Below, piece after piece: positions 1 through 10,602 of a DNA stretch of 64,000 nucleotides. The first letter of the stretch is position 1, and each line of letters opens with the position of its first letter. Position numbers and translations under genes: made by a program. Under the pieces are notes generated by a model, which saw nothing but the letters and a program-made list of their open reading frames with translations, was not told the DNA's origin and searched no databases. This DNA is from Gemmatimonadales bacterium (lineage in GTDB: Bacteria; Gemmatimonadota; Gemmatimonadetes; Gemmatimonadales; GWC2-71-9): NCBI GenBank assembly GCA_041615815.1, contig JBFJCP010000001.1, positions 204,337 to 268,336 on the forward strand, read 5' to 3'.

Positions 1-1267
1 TCCGAACGCCGGGGCGGTGCGGCTTGCCGTGCGAGCGGCCGTCGCGCTCGACTGCACCATCCACGATGAAAGTGTCTTTGCCAGGAAGCACTATTTCTAC
101 CCGGATCTTCCCAAAGGCTATCAGATCTCGCAGTTCGCCCAACCCCTCGCCACCGGGGGTAGCGTGCTGATCGAATCCTCGCAGGGACCAAAGCGCATCG
201 GCTTGACCCGACTCCATCTCGAGGAAGACGCTGGAAAGTCCCTCCACGATCGGGTGCCGAACCGCACGGCGCTGGACTTCAACCGCTGTGGGGTACCACT
301 CATCGAGATCGTGTCCGAACCCGAACTCCGTAGCCCAGCGGACGCGCGCCTGTACTTGGGCGAGTTGAAACAGATCCTCGAGTACGTCGAAGTCTCCGAT
401 TGCAATATGGAAGAGGGAAGCCTTCGGGTTGACGCCAACCTCTCGGTCCGACGCCCAGATCAACCGTTGGGCACCAAACAGGAAATCAAGAATCTGAACT
501 CCTTCGCCGCGGTCGAGCGCGCCCTCGCCGACCTGCGAGATCGCCAGATCGCGCAGCTCGAGCAAGGCCGGCCGGTTGGGTCCACCACGTATTCCGCGGC
601 CACCGGGACGTTACGAGAGCTTCGAGGCAAAGAGGAGAGCCACGACTATCGGTATTTCCCCGATCCCGACCTTCCCATCCTCACGCTTGCGCGATGTGGG
701 ATCCACGTCGAGGCTGAGCGCGCCGCGCTCCCCGAACTACCTGCCGCCCGACACCGGCGGTTCGTGTCGGCCTACGGGCTGACCGAGTCGGACGCACAAG
801 TGCTGATCGCGACTCGATCGCTGGCGGACTATTTCGAGGCGGTCGCCACCGAGGGCGCCGATCCGAAGACCGCCGCCAACTGGGTCATGGGATCGGTCCT
901 CGCCGACGCCAACGAGCACGAAGGGAGGTTCCGCGTCGCACCACACCGTCTCGCGGCGCTGATCGCCCTCGTGGAGGGTGGGGGTGTCAGTCTCCAGGCC
1001 GCCAAACGCGTCTTCGGCGCTCTCGCAGACGGTGACGAGCATCCCCGCGCTGCCGCGGAACGCTTGGGTCTCGTGCAGGTCGGGGACCCTGGGGCCGTGG
1101 ACGGTTGGGTGCAGGAGGTACTCGATGCCCACCCGGATGAGGTGGCACGGTATCGTGGCGGTGAGCGCAGATTGTTCGGGTTCTTCATGGGAGAGGCAAT
1201 GAAGGCGTCGCGCGGTCGGGCTGATCCCATTCTCGTCCGCCGCCTCTTGCAGCAGCGGTTGCGGTGA
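1..1267 (+). CDS. gatB: Asp/Glu-tRNA amidotransferase subunit B (5' truncated by window)
   Basis: FARKHYFYPDLPKGYQISQ, HLEEDAGK, DFNRCGVPLIEIVSEP, YRYFPDPDLP; frame open from the window start. Confidence 0.97.
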   Translation, partial: PNAGAVRLAVRAAVALDCTIHDESVFARKHYFYPDLPKGYQISQFAQPLATGGSVLIESSQGPKRIGLTRLHLEEDAGKSLHDRVPNRTALDFNRCGVPLIEIVSEPELRSPADARLYLGELKQILEYVEVSDCNMEEGSLRVDANLSVRRPDQPLGTKQEIKNLNSFAAVERALADLRDRQIAQLEQGRPVGSTTYSAATGTLRELRGKEESHDYRYFPDPDLPILTLARCGIHVEAERAALPELPAARHRRFVSAYGLTESDAQVLIATRSLADYFEAVATEGADPKTAANWVMGSVLADANEHEGRFRVAPHRLAALIALVEGGGVSLQAAKRVFGALADGDEHPRAAAERLGLVQVGDPGAVDGWVQEVLDAHPDEVARYRGGERRLFGFFMGEAMKASRGRADPILVRRLLQQRLR

Positions 1268-1271
1268 GGCG

Positions 1272-2207
1272 CTACGGCGTATCCTGGCCCCCCCGCCAGG
1301 GGGCCTGCGCATCGGAGGTCTCCCAAAACCCGAGTTCGTAACTGGGCAACCCAAAGCGCTCGTCGGCCAGCTCGGCGAGTTGGTCTCGATCACTCGGCAA
1401 GCGCGCCCGCATGACGTCGAGCCGCATCCGCTTGGCCAACATGAGGGAGGCCTCGCCCGAGGGATCGAGCCGATGCGCCGCCCCGTCTCCGTCGCTCAAG
1501 ATCTCCATCACCAGCTGGAATGCCACCGCCATATGCTCCTCCACGGCGGTCTCCGAGAGATCCCAGCGACTCGCCTCGGCCATTAGGCGAAACGCGCGCT
1601 GCCAGCTCTGGGTCTCCGTGATCCCCACCATGCCGCGAAACAGACGTCGGCTGGTGCGGACCGAGAAGATGGTCGGCGCCAAAATGCGATCGAGGTGTGC
1701 ATCGGCACTCCCGTGATCAAAGCGGATCACCTCCATCGCCGTCCGCGCAAACTGGTCACCGAGATGGGTCTCGAACCGACTTTCCCAGTAGGAGTGCCCC
1801 AAGGCAATCGTAGTGGAGGTCACCACCAACTGTCGGGGGACGAAGAAATTGTGGGCCACCGTATCCGCCGCTAGATGCGCCAGATACCCGAGACCGAAGG
1901 CGCGAAGGTTGTCCGTCTCAGCGGAATCGTGAATCTGCTGGCCCACGTGCCACGAGTGACAATGCCGTCCAACTGGCGCGTACTTCTTCGCCATCGACGT
2001 ATCGGCGGCGATGTTGCCATAGAGAAAATCGTAGGGAAACGCCCGGAGGAGGTCGGCCACCCGCGCAGGAAGTTGAGGCAGGTTGGCGAGGACGGTCTCG
2101 CCAAGGAAGATGTGCGTACCGGGCGTCCACGCGTTGGCGACGTCGGGAAACACCACGAGGGCGAAGAGAGCCGCCGCCGTGGCCAGCAGGATCCAGCGAA
2201 GCTGCAC
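1272..2207 (-). CDS. Zinc-dependent phospholipase C family protein
   Basis: Signal-like N-terminus then WTPGTH, LYGNIAAD, GYLAHLAADTVAHN and HSYWE Zn-ligand motifs; start moved to GTG at 2207. Confidence 0.75.
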   Translation of the reverse strand: MQLRWILLATAAALFALVVFPDVANAWTPGTHIFLGETVLANLPQLPARVADLLRAFPYDFLYGNIAADTSMAKKYAPVGRHCHSWHVGQQIHDSAETDNLRAFGLGYLAHLAADTVAHNFFVPRQLVVTSTTIALGHSYWESRFETHLGDQFARTAMEVIRFDHGSADAHLDRILAPTIFSVRTSRRLFRGMVGITETQSWQRAFRLMAEASRWDLSETAVEEHMAVAFQLVMEILSDGDGAAHRLDPSGEASLMLAKRMRLDVMRARLPSDRDQLAELADERFGLPSYELGFWETSDAQAPWRGGQDTP

Positions 2208-2211
2208 CCGG

Positions 2212-2661
2212 TTAGCGTCCCCGTCCGAGGAAGGCTCGTCGCATCTTTCGGAAGACGCGCGCGCCGCGCCGAGTCGTGCGAAGCGCCGAGGCGACATCGA
2301 GCATCGTGTCTTCCACCTCCTCCTGCACCACCTCCAACAACGCGTCGAGATCTTGGAGACGCTCCTGAGCGGCGTCACTGACGCGCAGGAGACCTCCGCG
2401 GAGTTTGTCCGCGGTTTCGGCAAACTCACCGGTCTCCCGAGCCACCAACGCGGTGATCTTGGCCGTGTCCTCGAGGACCCCCCGGGCCAACTGGATGGTG
2501 GGGCGGGCTTCGTCATCCATCCAGTCCACCATATTCTCCAGTCGACCCCACATGTGTTTCTGCAGCCGAGCAAACCACATCAACCACGCCACGGCGGAGA
2601 TGACGAAGAGGAGTGCGATGACTGCCAACGAAATCGCCGCTACCGCGGCCCAAGCGGTCAT
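2212..2661 (-). CDS. Single-TM coiled-coil protein (DUF948-like)
   Basis: MTAWAAVAAISLAVIALLFV TM segment then helical domain; upstream AGGAG. Confidence 0.65.
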   Translation of the reverse strand: MTAWAAVAAISLAVIALLFVISAVAWLMWFARLQKHMWGRLENMVDWMDDEARPTIQLARGVLEDTAKITALVARETGEFAETADKLRGGLLRVSDAAQERLQDLDALLEVVQEEVEDTMLDVASALRTTRRGARVFRKMRRAFLGRGR

Positions 2662-2764
2662 GGTCTTCTCCTGAAAGGCTTCAGCACAACAAGGAGTTAG
2701 AAGATCCCCTGGCCTCCCGCACAGTGTCAAGCGATGCGCTTGCGCAGCGGGGCAGGGGAAGCGT

Positions 2765-4075
2765 ATGGTTCGCCCCACGATGCCCCAGTGCTTCCGCGTG
2801 ACAGGGGGCGTTCCGCTGCATGGAACGGTACGGCCGGCGGGCAACAAGAATGCAGCGCTGCCCATCCTGGCCGCGACGCTCCTCGCGGACACCCCATCCG
2901 AAATCCACAACGTCCCGCGAATCGGGGACGTGGACGGACTCCTCGCGATCCTGGGCGAGTTGGGCGTCGAGAGTGAGTGGCGGGAGGACGACGTGCTCCG
3001 CGTGGATCCCGCCGGGCTCGCGTCCCGCCGGCTCAATCCGGCCCTCTGTGCCAAGTTGCGCGCGTCCATTCTGCTGGCCGGCCCCCTCTTGGCACGGTTC
3101 GGAAGCGTCGCGCTCCCACCCCCTGGAGGCGACGTGATCGGGCGCCGGCGGCTCGACAGCCACTTCCTCGCGTTCGAGCGAATGGGCACCGAGGTCACGA
3201 TCGGCGCGGACTATCATCTCGAGGGACGGAACCTCGAGGGCGCCGACATCTTTCTGGACGAACCGAGCGTGACGGCCACCGAAAACGCGCTCATGGCGGC
3301 GACGGCGGCCACCGGACGCACGGTCCTCCGCAACGCGGCCTCGGAACCCCATGTGCAAGACCTCGCCCGCGCGCTTCAGGCCATGGGTGCACACATCGAA
3401 GGCGTGGGCACGAACATGCTGACCATCGAAGGGGGACGACCCCTCCGCGGCAGCACGCTCGACGTGGGTCCCGATCACGTGGAGATCGGAAGCTTCATCG
3501 GCCTCGCTGCCATTACCAATGGCCACCTGGTGATCGACAACGCCCGGCCCGATGACCTCCGCAGCATTCTGCTGAATTTCGATCGCCTCGGCGTGCGCCC
3601 CCGTTTCGACGGGCAGCACCTCGTGGTCGATCCACACCAAGAACGCCGCATCCAACCCGACTTGGGCGGACATATCCCCAAGATCGAGGACGGACCGTGG
3701 CCCGCCTTTCCGGCGGACCTCACCTCGATTGCAGTGGTGGTCGCCACACAGTGTGATGGTATGGTGTTGGTCTTCGAAAAGATGTTCGAATCGCGCTTGT
3801 TCTTCGTGGACAAGTTGGTGGGCCTCGGAGCGCGGCTTCTCCTGTGCGATCCCCACCGCGTGGTCATCTCTGGTCCATCCCCACTGCGGGGCGGCGTGGT
3901 GGAGAGCCCCGACATTCGCGCCGGCATGGCCATGCTGCTCGCCGCGCTCGCCGCCCAGGGTGAAAGTGAGATCCACAACATCGGCCAGATCGACCGCGGG
4001 TACGAGCGGATCGATGAGCGTCTTCGCGCGCTGGGCGCCCAAATCGAACGGGTCGAGCTGGGCGACCGCCGGTGA
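2765..4075 (+). CDS. murA: UDP-N-acetylglucosamine 1-carboxyvinyltransferase
   Basis: GNKNAALPILAA, RASILLAGPLL, SVTATEN, SPDIRAG, IDRGYE. Confidence 0.96.
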   Translation: MVRPTMPQCFRVTGGVPLHGTVRPAGNKNAALPILAATLLADTPSEIHNVPRIGDVDGLLAILGELGVESEWREDDVLRVDPAGLASRRLNPALCAKLRASILLAGPLLARFGSVALPPPGGDVIGRRRLDSHFLAFERMGTEVTIGADYHLEGRNLEGADIFLDEPSVTATENALMAATAATGRTVLRNAASEPHVQDLARALQAMGAHIEGVGTNMLTIEGGRPLRGSTLDVGPDHVEIGSFIGLAAITNGHLVIDNARPDDLRSILLNFDRLGVRPRFDGQHLVVDPHQERRIQPDLGGHIPKIEDGPWPAFPADLTSIAVVVATQCDGMVLVFEKMFESRLFFVDKLVGLGARLLLCDPHRVVISGPSPLRGGVVESPDIRAGMAMLLAALAAQGESEIHNIGQIDRGYERIDERLRALGAQIERVELGDRR

Positions 4076-4833
4076 CCTCCCTGGCGTTGGAGCGCTCGGA
4101 GATCGCCGTCGACGACCCCGAGCTTGCGCGGTACGCACTCACCCACTGGCAGGACGAATTCGACGTCGTGGCCGGCGTCACCGCTCGGGCGCACAGCTTT
4201 CCGATTGACCGCCAGGCTGCGCAACCGCGTCCGGGGTCGCCGGATTGGCAGCTCGCGAGGGACCGTTTCGCCCCCGGGTTCACCAGCATCGTCGTCGGGG
4301 CTCAGGTGCACGGCACCCGTCTTGGGACCCATGCCGACCCATCCCCGGGGCTTTATGTGCTGCCAGCGCTCGACGGGCACGTGGCGACCACACCGGGGCT
4401 CCTCTTGACCGTGACGCTGGCGGACTGCATCCCCGTGTATCTGCTGCATCCGGCGTCCGGCACCCTGGCCCTGCTGCACGCCGGCTGGCGCGGCACGGCC
4501 GCCGGGATCCTCGAATTGGGAGTCGAACGCCTATGCGCCCTCGGAGGAGCCTCCCCCAAAGAGGTCGTAGCTCATTGCGGTGTTGGCATTTGCGGGGCAT
4601 GTTACGAGGTGGGGTCTGAGGTTGTTCGTGCCGTCACCGGACACACGGACGGGGAGGCCGGACGGCTCGACCTTCGGCAAGAGCTCGCGCAGCGGGCCGT
4701 CCGCGGCGGACTTGCGCGGGTGACGGTGAGCGCCTGGTGCACAGCGCACGACCACGATCGCTTCCACTCCCACCGTCGGTCCGGCGGGGGGCCGGGGCGG
4801 ATGATCGCATATCTAGGCCGGCCGGTGACTTGA
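4072..4833 (+). CDS. pgeF: PgeF/YfiH family protein
   Basis: QVHG, LADCIP, HAGWRG, FHSHRR; GTGA overlap with murA. Confidence 0.88.
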   Translation: MTSLALERSEIAVDDPELARYALTHWQDEFDVVAGVTARAHSFPIDRQAAQPRPGSPDWQLARDRFAPGFTSIVVGAQVHGTRLGTHADPSPGLYVLPALDGHVATTPGLLLTVTLADCIPVYLLHPASGTLALLHAGWRGTAAGILELGVERLCALGGASPKEVVAHCGVGICGACYEVGSEVVRAVTGHTDGEAGRLDLRQELAQRAVRGGLARVTVSAWCTAHDHDRFHSHRRSGGGPGRMIAYLGRPVT

Positions 4834-4858
4834 ACCTCTTCCGGCTTGGCGGTAGCTT
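4830..4858 (+). promoter_or_regulatory. Candidate sigma70 promoter of the rimP-nusA-infB operon
   Basis: TTGAAC-17nt-TAGCTT; same -10 context as the candidate rRNA promoter. Confidence 0.5.
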
Positions 4859-4879
4859 TGAGATCTTAAGCGTGCGGGT

Positions 4880-4906
4880 GCGGGTCGTCGGGCCCGCGTT
4901 TTTTTT
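4880..4906 (+). terminator. rimP leader hairpin/attenuator
   Basis: GCGGGTC-GTCG-GGCCCGC stem followed by T8 just before rimP. Confidence 0.6.
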
Positions 4907-4912
4907 GGACGA

Positions 4913-5422
4913 ATGGACAGCTCCCTGACGGACCTGACCGCCGAAATCCGACGGCGCGTGACCTCGCTTGGGTACGAGCTGGTCGATCTCCGCAAACGCG
5001 GTACCCGGACACGGGTGGTGCTGCAGATCCGGGTCGACCGGCCGGACGCGGCGCCGGGTCAGGGCATCACGGTGGAGGAATGCGCCGCCGTCAACCGCGG
5101 CCTCCAGGAATGGCTGGACGGAAGCGGCGTGTTGGGCTCCCGCTACGTGCTCGAGGTCTCTTCGCCCGGCATCGAGCGCCCGGTGCGGTGGCGTGAGCAT
5201 TGGGAGCGTTTCGTGGGACGTGAGGTCACCGTACGGGTGCCGGAACGGGGTCGCCTGCGCGCGAAGATTGTGCGGGTTCCCCCGGGCAGCGACGACGTGG
5301 TGCTGCGTCCGGCGGACAGTGACGAAGAGATCACAGTGCCCCTGGGGGAGGCCCGGGACGCAAAACTCGTGGTGGACTGGTCCGCGTTCGACTGGTCGGC
5401 CACTCCTGAGAAGAAGGAATAG
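4913..5422 (+). CDS. rimP: Ribosome maturation factor RimP
   Basis: YVLEVSSPGIERP; directly upstream of nusA. Confidence 0.93.
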   Translation: MDSSLTDLTAEIRRRVTSLGYELVDLRKRGTRTRVVLQIRVDRPDAAPGQGITVEECAAVNRGLQEWLDGSGVLGSRYVLEVSSPGIERPVRWREHWERFVGREVTVRVPERGRLRAKIVRVPPGSDDVVLRPADSDEEITVPLGEARDAKLVVDWSAFDWSATPEKKE

Positions 5423-5431
5423 GTACGGGTC

Positions 5432-6949
5432 ATGGTGAGTTCTGCCGAGATGATCGCCGCGCTTCGCGAGCTGGCGAACATGAAGCAGCTCGATCGCGAG
5501 GAGCTGATCGACCTGCTGCGCGATGGCATCCACGCGGCGCTGGTCAAGCGCTTCGGTGCCAACGTGCGCGCGGAAATCGAGATCGATGACTTGAAAGGAA
5601 CGATCCTCACCACGGTCCTCAGAACGGTGGTCGACGAGGTTGACGACCCGAGCTCGCAGATCTCCCTAGAGGAGGCCCGGTGGGAGGACGAGGATTTCGA
5701 GCCCGGTGACGTGCTTGAAGAGGAGGTGCCGTTCGAAGCCTTCGGGCGCCTCGCGGTCCAAGCGGCCAAGCAGCGGATCATTCAGCGCGTCCGGGAGGGG
5801 GAGCGCGCGCGCATCCGGGATGAGTTTGGGCCCAAGCTCGGCGAGCTCATCACGGGCGAGGTGCAGCAGATCGAACGCGGCCGGTTGGTCATCATGATCA
5901 ACAAGTTCCGCGAGGCCGAGGCGATCATCCCCTATCGGGAACAGAATCCTCGTGAGCATTTTCATCAGGGGGATGCGATCCGCGCCGTCTTGAAACGACT
6001 CGAGGAAACCCCAAAGGGACCTCGGCTGATCCTGTCGCGAGCGGACCCATTGTTCGTCCAGGCTCTGTTCAAGCTCGAGGTCCCCGAGGTGCAGCAGGGT
6101 CTGGTCGAGATTCGGGCGGCCGCGCGTGAGGTCGGAAGCCGCACCAAGATCGCCGTGAGCAGCCGCGACGATTCCATCGATCCCGTGGGCGCCTGCGTCG
6201 GGCTGAAAGGAAGCCGCGTGCAGGCCGTCGTGAACGAGCTCGGCGGGGAGCGGATCGATATCGTGCCGTGGTCGCCCGATCCGGAACGGTTTGCCAAATT
6301 GGCGCTGGCCCCGGCCCGCGTCGCCAGGGTCTTCTCCGACGCCGACGGTCGGACGATTCAGGCGATCGTCGACGAGGATCAGCTATCATTGGCCATCGGG
6401 CGCAACGGCCAGAATGTCCGGTTGGCCTCGGAGCTGACGGAGTGGAAAATCGATCTGTACTCGAGCCGCGAATGGCTCGAGCGAGGTGGTGAGGGACCCC
6501 TGTTCGCCCCGTTGCCCCCCGAAGACGAATTGGTGGCAGACGTGCGATTGGACGAACTCAAGGGGATCTCACCCGAGCTCGTGCAGACGCTGGAACGTGC
6601 GGGGTTGAAGACACTGCGCGATATTTTGGATCTGGAGCGCGACGACGTACTCAAGATCCACGAGATCACGCCGGAGCAAGCAGACGAGCTGATGGCGTTT
6701 CTCTCCGAGCTGACGGAAGAGAATCCCGACGGCGAGGCGGCGGCGGCCACCAGCGGCAGCAAGGGCGCGGGGACGGGTGGTGCGCAGGCGGCACCAAAGG
6801 GCGATGATGAGTCGAGCACTGAAGGCCCGGAGCCGGCGGCCGGCAGCGCAGGCGCGAATGCGGGGACGGATGGTGAGCAGGAGAAGTCGGAGGGGGATGA
6901 TCAGCCAGGCGCGGAGGGACGGGAGCCGGAGACGTCTCCAGCGGCGTGA
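5432..6949 (+). CDS. nusA: Transcription termination/antitermination factor NusA
   Basis: FGRLAVQAAKQ, DPVGACVG, SLAIGRNGQNVRLAS. Confidence 0.97.
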   Translation: MVSSAEMIAALRELANMKQLDREELIDLLRDGIHAALVKRFGANVRAEIEIDDLKGTILTTVLRTVVDEVDDPSSQISLEEARWEDEDFEPGDVLEEEVPFEAFGRLAVQAAKQRIIQRVREGERARIRDEFGPKLGELITGEVQQIERGRLVIMINKFREAEAIIPYREQNPREHFHQGDAIRAVLKRLEETPKGPRLILSRADPLFVQALFKLEVPEVQQGLVEIRAAAREVGSRTKIAVSSRDDSIDPVGACVGLKGSRVQAVVNELGGERIDIVPWSPDPERFAKLALAPARVARVFSDADGRTIQAIVDEDQLSLAIGRNGQNVRLASELTEWKIDLYSSREWLERGGEGPLFAPLPPEDELVADVRLDELKGISPELVQTLERAGLKTLRDILDLERDDVLKIHEITPEQADELMAFLSELTEENPDGEAAAATSGSKGAGTGGAQAAPKGDDESSTEGPEPAAGSAGANAGTDGEQEKSEGDDQPGAEGREPETSPAA

Positions 6950-7248
6950 GCGCCCGGTTACGCCTCGGCCTGCTGGGCCTGGGCGCGCGGGGCGGACACG
7001 TGGTGGCCGGGACGAGCGGTGTGCGGGCGGCGCTGCAACGGGACGAACTCGTGTTAGTGGTCGTCGCCTCCGATGCGAGCGCACGGACGCACGACAAGGT
7101 CAGTCGCCTGGCACGGGCAAGGGAGATTCCTGTCCTCACAGGGCCCGACGCCACAGAGTTGGCCCGTCGGGTCGGGCGTGCGGGATCGCTTCAAGCAGTG
7201 GGTGTTCGCGATCGGCATTTGGCGGCAGGGATTCAAGGTGAATCGTAG
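6946..7248 (+). CDS. L7Ae/YlxQ family RNA-binding protein
   Basis: LGLLGLGARGGHVVAG, VVVASDAS; between nusA and infB. Confidence 0.8.
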   Translation: MSARLRLGLLGLGARGGHVVAGTSGVRAALQRDELVLVVVASDASARTHDKVSRLARAREIPVLTGPDATELARRVGRAGSLQAVGVRDRHLAAGIQGES

Positions 7249-7260
7249 CAGGAGGAGTGA

Positions 7261-9957
7261 GTGAGTAAGACGCGGGTCCATGATCTCGCTGCGGAATTTG
7301 GCGTCGAGAGCGGCAAGCTGATCAAGCTGCTTGCCGATATGGGTATTCACGTTCGCAGTCATTTGTCCGCACTCGACACCGGACAAGTGGCCCTGGTGCG
7401 TGCGCGCTGGGAACGGGAGAAACGCCGCGATTCGGGTACTCAGACGAAGACGCGTCGGCGTCGAACGACGAAGACCACGAAGACGGCGAAGACCGCGAAG
7501 ACCACGAAGACCACGAAGACCACGAAGAAAAAGGCCACGCCGAAGCCCAAAGAGCCGATTCGGCCCAAACGGCGCCGCCGCACCGCCGCCGAAGTGGCGG
7601 CCAAAGAGGCGGAAGCGGAGGCGAAGCGCCAGGCCGATGCAGCGGCCGCACCGGTCGCCGAAGCCGAGCCGGAGGCGGCTGAGGTCCCAGCGCCCACCCT
7701 CGAAGAGCGGGCCGCCGCATTATTCAAGGAGCCGCCCACCACCGAGCCTGAGGTTGCAACACCTGAGATCGTCGAGCCGCCCGCACCTCAAGAGGCCGCG
7801 CCTCCGGTGGCGGAACCGAAGGTGACGGCTGCGCAGGCCGCACCACCGCGTCACAAGCCAGCGCCGGTCATCCCCACACGCGTGCCCCGCCAGCCCCCAC
7901 CTCGGGCCTGGACGCCGCGCAAGACGGGGCCACGTCCCGTGGCCTCCGCCGCCCCAGGCGAGCTGGCCGAAGAGCGCCGCCGCGACAAGAAGCGGCGCAA
8001 GAAGGGGAAGCGTCAACAGGTCGACAAGGAAGCCGTGCAGGCCAACATCAGCCGTACGTTGGCCACCATCAAAGGACCCGGTCCACGCAAGGGCGCACGG
8101 CGGCGTGACGATGAGCCCAGCGCACGCGAGATCGCCGAGCAGCGACGCGCCGAGGAGCGCGAACGCGAGAAGACCCTCGTTCGCGTCAACGAGTTCATTA
8201 CCGTTTCCGAGCTGGCCACGAATCTAAGCGTGCCCCCCACGGAGATCGTCACCTTCTGCTTCAAAGAGCTGGGCATGATGGTGACGGTCAACCAACGGCT
8301 CGACTTCGACCAGATCGACCTCATCGCTGGTGCGTTCGGCTTCAAGGCCGTGCAGGAAGAAGAGTACGTGCCCGAAGAAGTCGTGACGGAGGAGCAGGAT
8401 CAGCCCGAGGATATGGCGCCGCGACCACCGGTCGTCACCGTCATGGGACACGTGGACCACGGAAAGACGTCGCTGCTCGACTACGTTCGCAAGACGAATG
8501 TGATCGCAGGAGAGTCTGGCGGGATCACTCAGCACATCGGCGCGTACCACGTCGAGCTGGCCAACGGCAAAGTCATCACGTTCCTCGACACCCCTGGACA
8601 CGAGGCCTTCACCGCCATGCGCGCTCGCGGCGCGCAGGTGACGGATCTCGTGGTGCTGGTAGTGGCGGCAGACGATCAGGTCATGCCGCAAACCATCGAG
8701 GCCATCAGTCACGCCAGGAACGCGGGCGTCCCCCTGGTCGTTGCCATCAATAAGATCGACCTGCCCAACGCGAACGTGGCGAAAGTCAAGCAAGACCTCC
8801 TCAAGCACGAAGTGCTGCTGGAGGAGTTTGGCGGAGAGACGATGGGCCAACCGATCTCGGCCAAGAGTGGCCAAGGCGTGGACGAGCTCCTCGAAAAGAT
8901 CCTGCTGCAATCGGAAGTCCTCGACCTCACAGCCAACCCAGACCGGCCGGGCCGAGGAACCGTCATCGAATCCACGCTCGATCCCGGGAAGGGACCCGTC
9001 GCGACGATCCTCATCGAGAACGGAACGCTCAAGGTGGGTGACGACTTCATCTGCGGAAATCTCGCAGGACGCGTCCGTGCCATGATCGATGAGCGTGGCC
9101 AACGGGTCGACGCCGCTGGGCCATCGATTCCTGTTCAGATCCTCGGCTTCGAGGGCGTGGCTCAGGCGGGAGACACCTTCATGGTCGTCGACTCCGCGCA
9201 GCACGCTCGCGATATCGCACAAAAGCGGCAGCGGCTGGATCGTGAGGCCGCCCACCGTCGCTCGTCCCGGGGTGTCTCCCTCGAGGACTTGTCGAAACAG
9301 ATCGAGGTTGGAGAGGTGCAGGCGCTCAACATCATCATCAAGGCGGACCAGGGCGGGCCCGCAGAGGCCCTTGCCGACGCGTTTGCGCAGCTGTCCACGG
9401 ATGAGGTCATGGTGGAGGTGATTCACCGCGGGGTGGGCGCCATCACCGAGAGCGACGTGCTCCTCGCCAAGGCGTCGAGCGCGATTGTGGTGGGCTTCCA
9501 TGTCCGACCCGACGCCAACGCCCGCGCTGCGGCGGAGCGGGAATCCGTCGATATCCGCACCTATCGCGTGATCTACGAGGCGGTGGAAGACGTCAAGGCC
9601 GCGCTCGAGGGGCTGCTATCACCGGAAAAGAAGGAGATCGTCCTCGGGGAGGCCGAAGTCCGCCAGACCTTCAAGATCTCCGGGGTCGGTACCATCGCGG
9701 GCTGTTACGTTCGCAACGGGATCATCCGGCGCGGAGCCAAGATGCGGGTCATTCGAGACGGCGTCGAAGTCTACGCCGGCGGGATCGGAAGCCTCAAACG
9801 GTTCAAGGAAGATGTACGGGAGGTCCGGGAGGGTCTCGAATGCGGCATCGGTGTCGAGAACTTCAACGACATCAAGGTGGGCGACGTGCTCGAAGCCTAT
9901 CAGATCGAGGAGGTAGCCCGGTCCCTGGAAACGGCGGGAACCGGCAAAGACACCTAG
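7261..9957 (+). CDS. infB: Translation initiation factor IF-2
   Basis: [44 protein letters not shown]. Confidence 0.98.
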   Translation: MSKTRVHDLAAEFGVESGKLIKLLADMGIHVRSHLSALDTGQVALVRARWEREKRRDSGTQTKTRRRRTTKTTKTAKTAKTTKTTKTTKKKATPKPKEPIRPKRRRRTAAEVAAKEAEAEAKRQADAAAAPVAEAEPEAAEVPAPTLEERAAALFKEPPTTEPEVATPEIVEPPAPQEAAPPVAEPKVTAAQAAPPRHKPAPVIPTRVPRQPPPRAWTPRKTGPRPVASAAPGELAEERRRDKKRRKKGKRQQVDKEAVQANISRTLATIKGPGPRKGARRRDDEPSAREIAEQRRAEEREREKTLVRVNEFITVSELATNLSVPPTEIVTFCFKELGMMVTVNQRLDFDQIDLIAGAFGFKAVQEEEYVPEEVVTEEQDQPEDMAPRPPVVTVMGHVDHGKTSLLDYVRKTNVIAGESGGITQHIGAYHVELANGKVITFLDTPGHEAFTAMRARGAQVTDLVVLVVAADDQVMPQTIEAISHARNAGVPLVVAINKIDLPNANVAKVKQDLLKHEVLLEEFGGETMGQPISAKSGQGVDELLEKILLQSEVLDLTANPDRPGRGTVIESTLDPGKGPVATILIENGTLKVGDDFICGNLAGRVRAMIDERGQRVDAAGPSIPVQILGFEGVAQAGDTFMVVDSAQHARDIAQKRQRLDREAAHRRSSRGVSLEDLSKQIEVGEVQALNIIIKADQGGPAEALADAFAQLSTDEVMVEVIHRGVGAITESDVLLAKASSAIVVGFHVRPDANARAAAERESVDIRTYRVIYEAVEDVKAALEGLLSPEKKEIVLGEAEVRQTFKISGVGTIAGCYVRNGIIRRGAKMRVIRDGVEVYAGGIGSLKRFKEDVREVREGLECGIGVENFNDIKVGDVLEAYQIEEVARSLETAGTGKDT
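7466..7530 (+). repeat. 9-bp tandem repeat (ACGAAGACC-like) in the infB N-terminal region
   Basis: Encodes [22 protein letters not shown]. Confidence 0.85.
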
Positions 9958-9958
9958 C

Positions 9959-10240
9959 GTGGTCATCGGCCTCAAGACCTGGGAGCTGCACCTGCAGGGA
10001 TGCCAGTCTCTCAAGGACAAGCGCCGGATCCTCAAGAGCCTCAAAGACCGTCTCCACCGCCGCTTCAACGTGTCGGTGGCCGAAACCAATCACCACGATC
10101 GCTGGCAACGTGCCGAGCTTTCCTGCTGCGTGGTCGCTGTCGATCGCCGGCAGGCCGAGTCCGTCCTCAACTCCGCGGATGAGCTCGTGGCGAGGGACGG
10201 ACTGGCCCGGATCGTCGATTCCGTGACCAACCTGCTATGA
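9959..10240 (+). CDS. DUF503 (YlxP) family protein
   Basis: SLKDKRRILKSL, FNVSVAE; between infB and rbfA. Confidence 0.88.
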   Translation: MVIGLKTWELHLQGCQSLKDKRRILKSLKDRLHRRFNVSVAETNHHDRWQRAELSCCVVAVDRRQAESVLNSADELVARDGLARIVDSVTNLL

Positions 10241-10602
10241 CGCGTCCCCGACGACCCCACCGTCCCGAACGAATCGCTGCCTTGATTCAGGAAGCGCTCG
10301 CGACGGCGCTGACCAAGGAGCTCAAAGATCCCCGCGTCGGCTTCGTAACGCTCACGGGCGTCACGGTGTCGCAAGACGGAACTCACGCGAGCGTTCGCGT
10401 GAGCGTCATGGGGGACGAGCAGACGAAAGACAGCGCGATGGAAGGCCTCAAGAGCGCCCGTGGGTTTCTGCGGTCGTATCTCGCCCAGCACCTTCCACTC
10501 CGGACGACACCCGAACTGCACTTTGTCCTCGATCGCGGGCTCGAGCACGCCGCGCGCATCAACGAGCTCCTCGGCAAGCTCAAACAGGAGGACGAGTCCT
10601 GA
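10237..10602 (+). CDS. rbfA: Ribosome-binding factor A
   Basis: LKDPRVGFVTLTGV, GFLRSYL, PELHFVLD. Confidence 0.95.
   Translation: MTRPRRPHRPERIAALIQEALATALTKELKDPRVGFVTLTGVTVSQDGTHASVRVSVMGDEQTKDSAMEGLKSARGFLRSYLAQHLPLRTTPELHFVLDRGLEHAARINELLGKLKQEDES

Noticed and set aside
2681..4138. Long antisense and alternate-frame ORFs (also 45251-47107, 31085-32446, 52069-53340)
   Set aside because: Shadows of well-supported genes, expected at high GC; no family motifs
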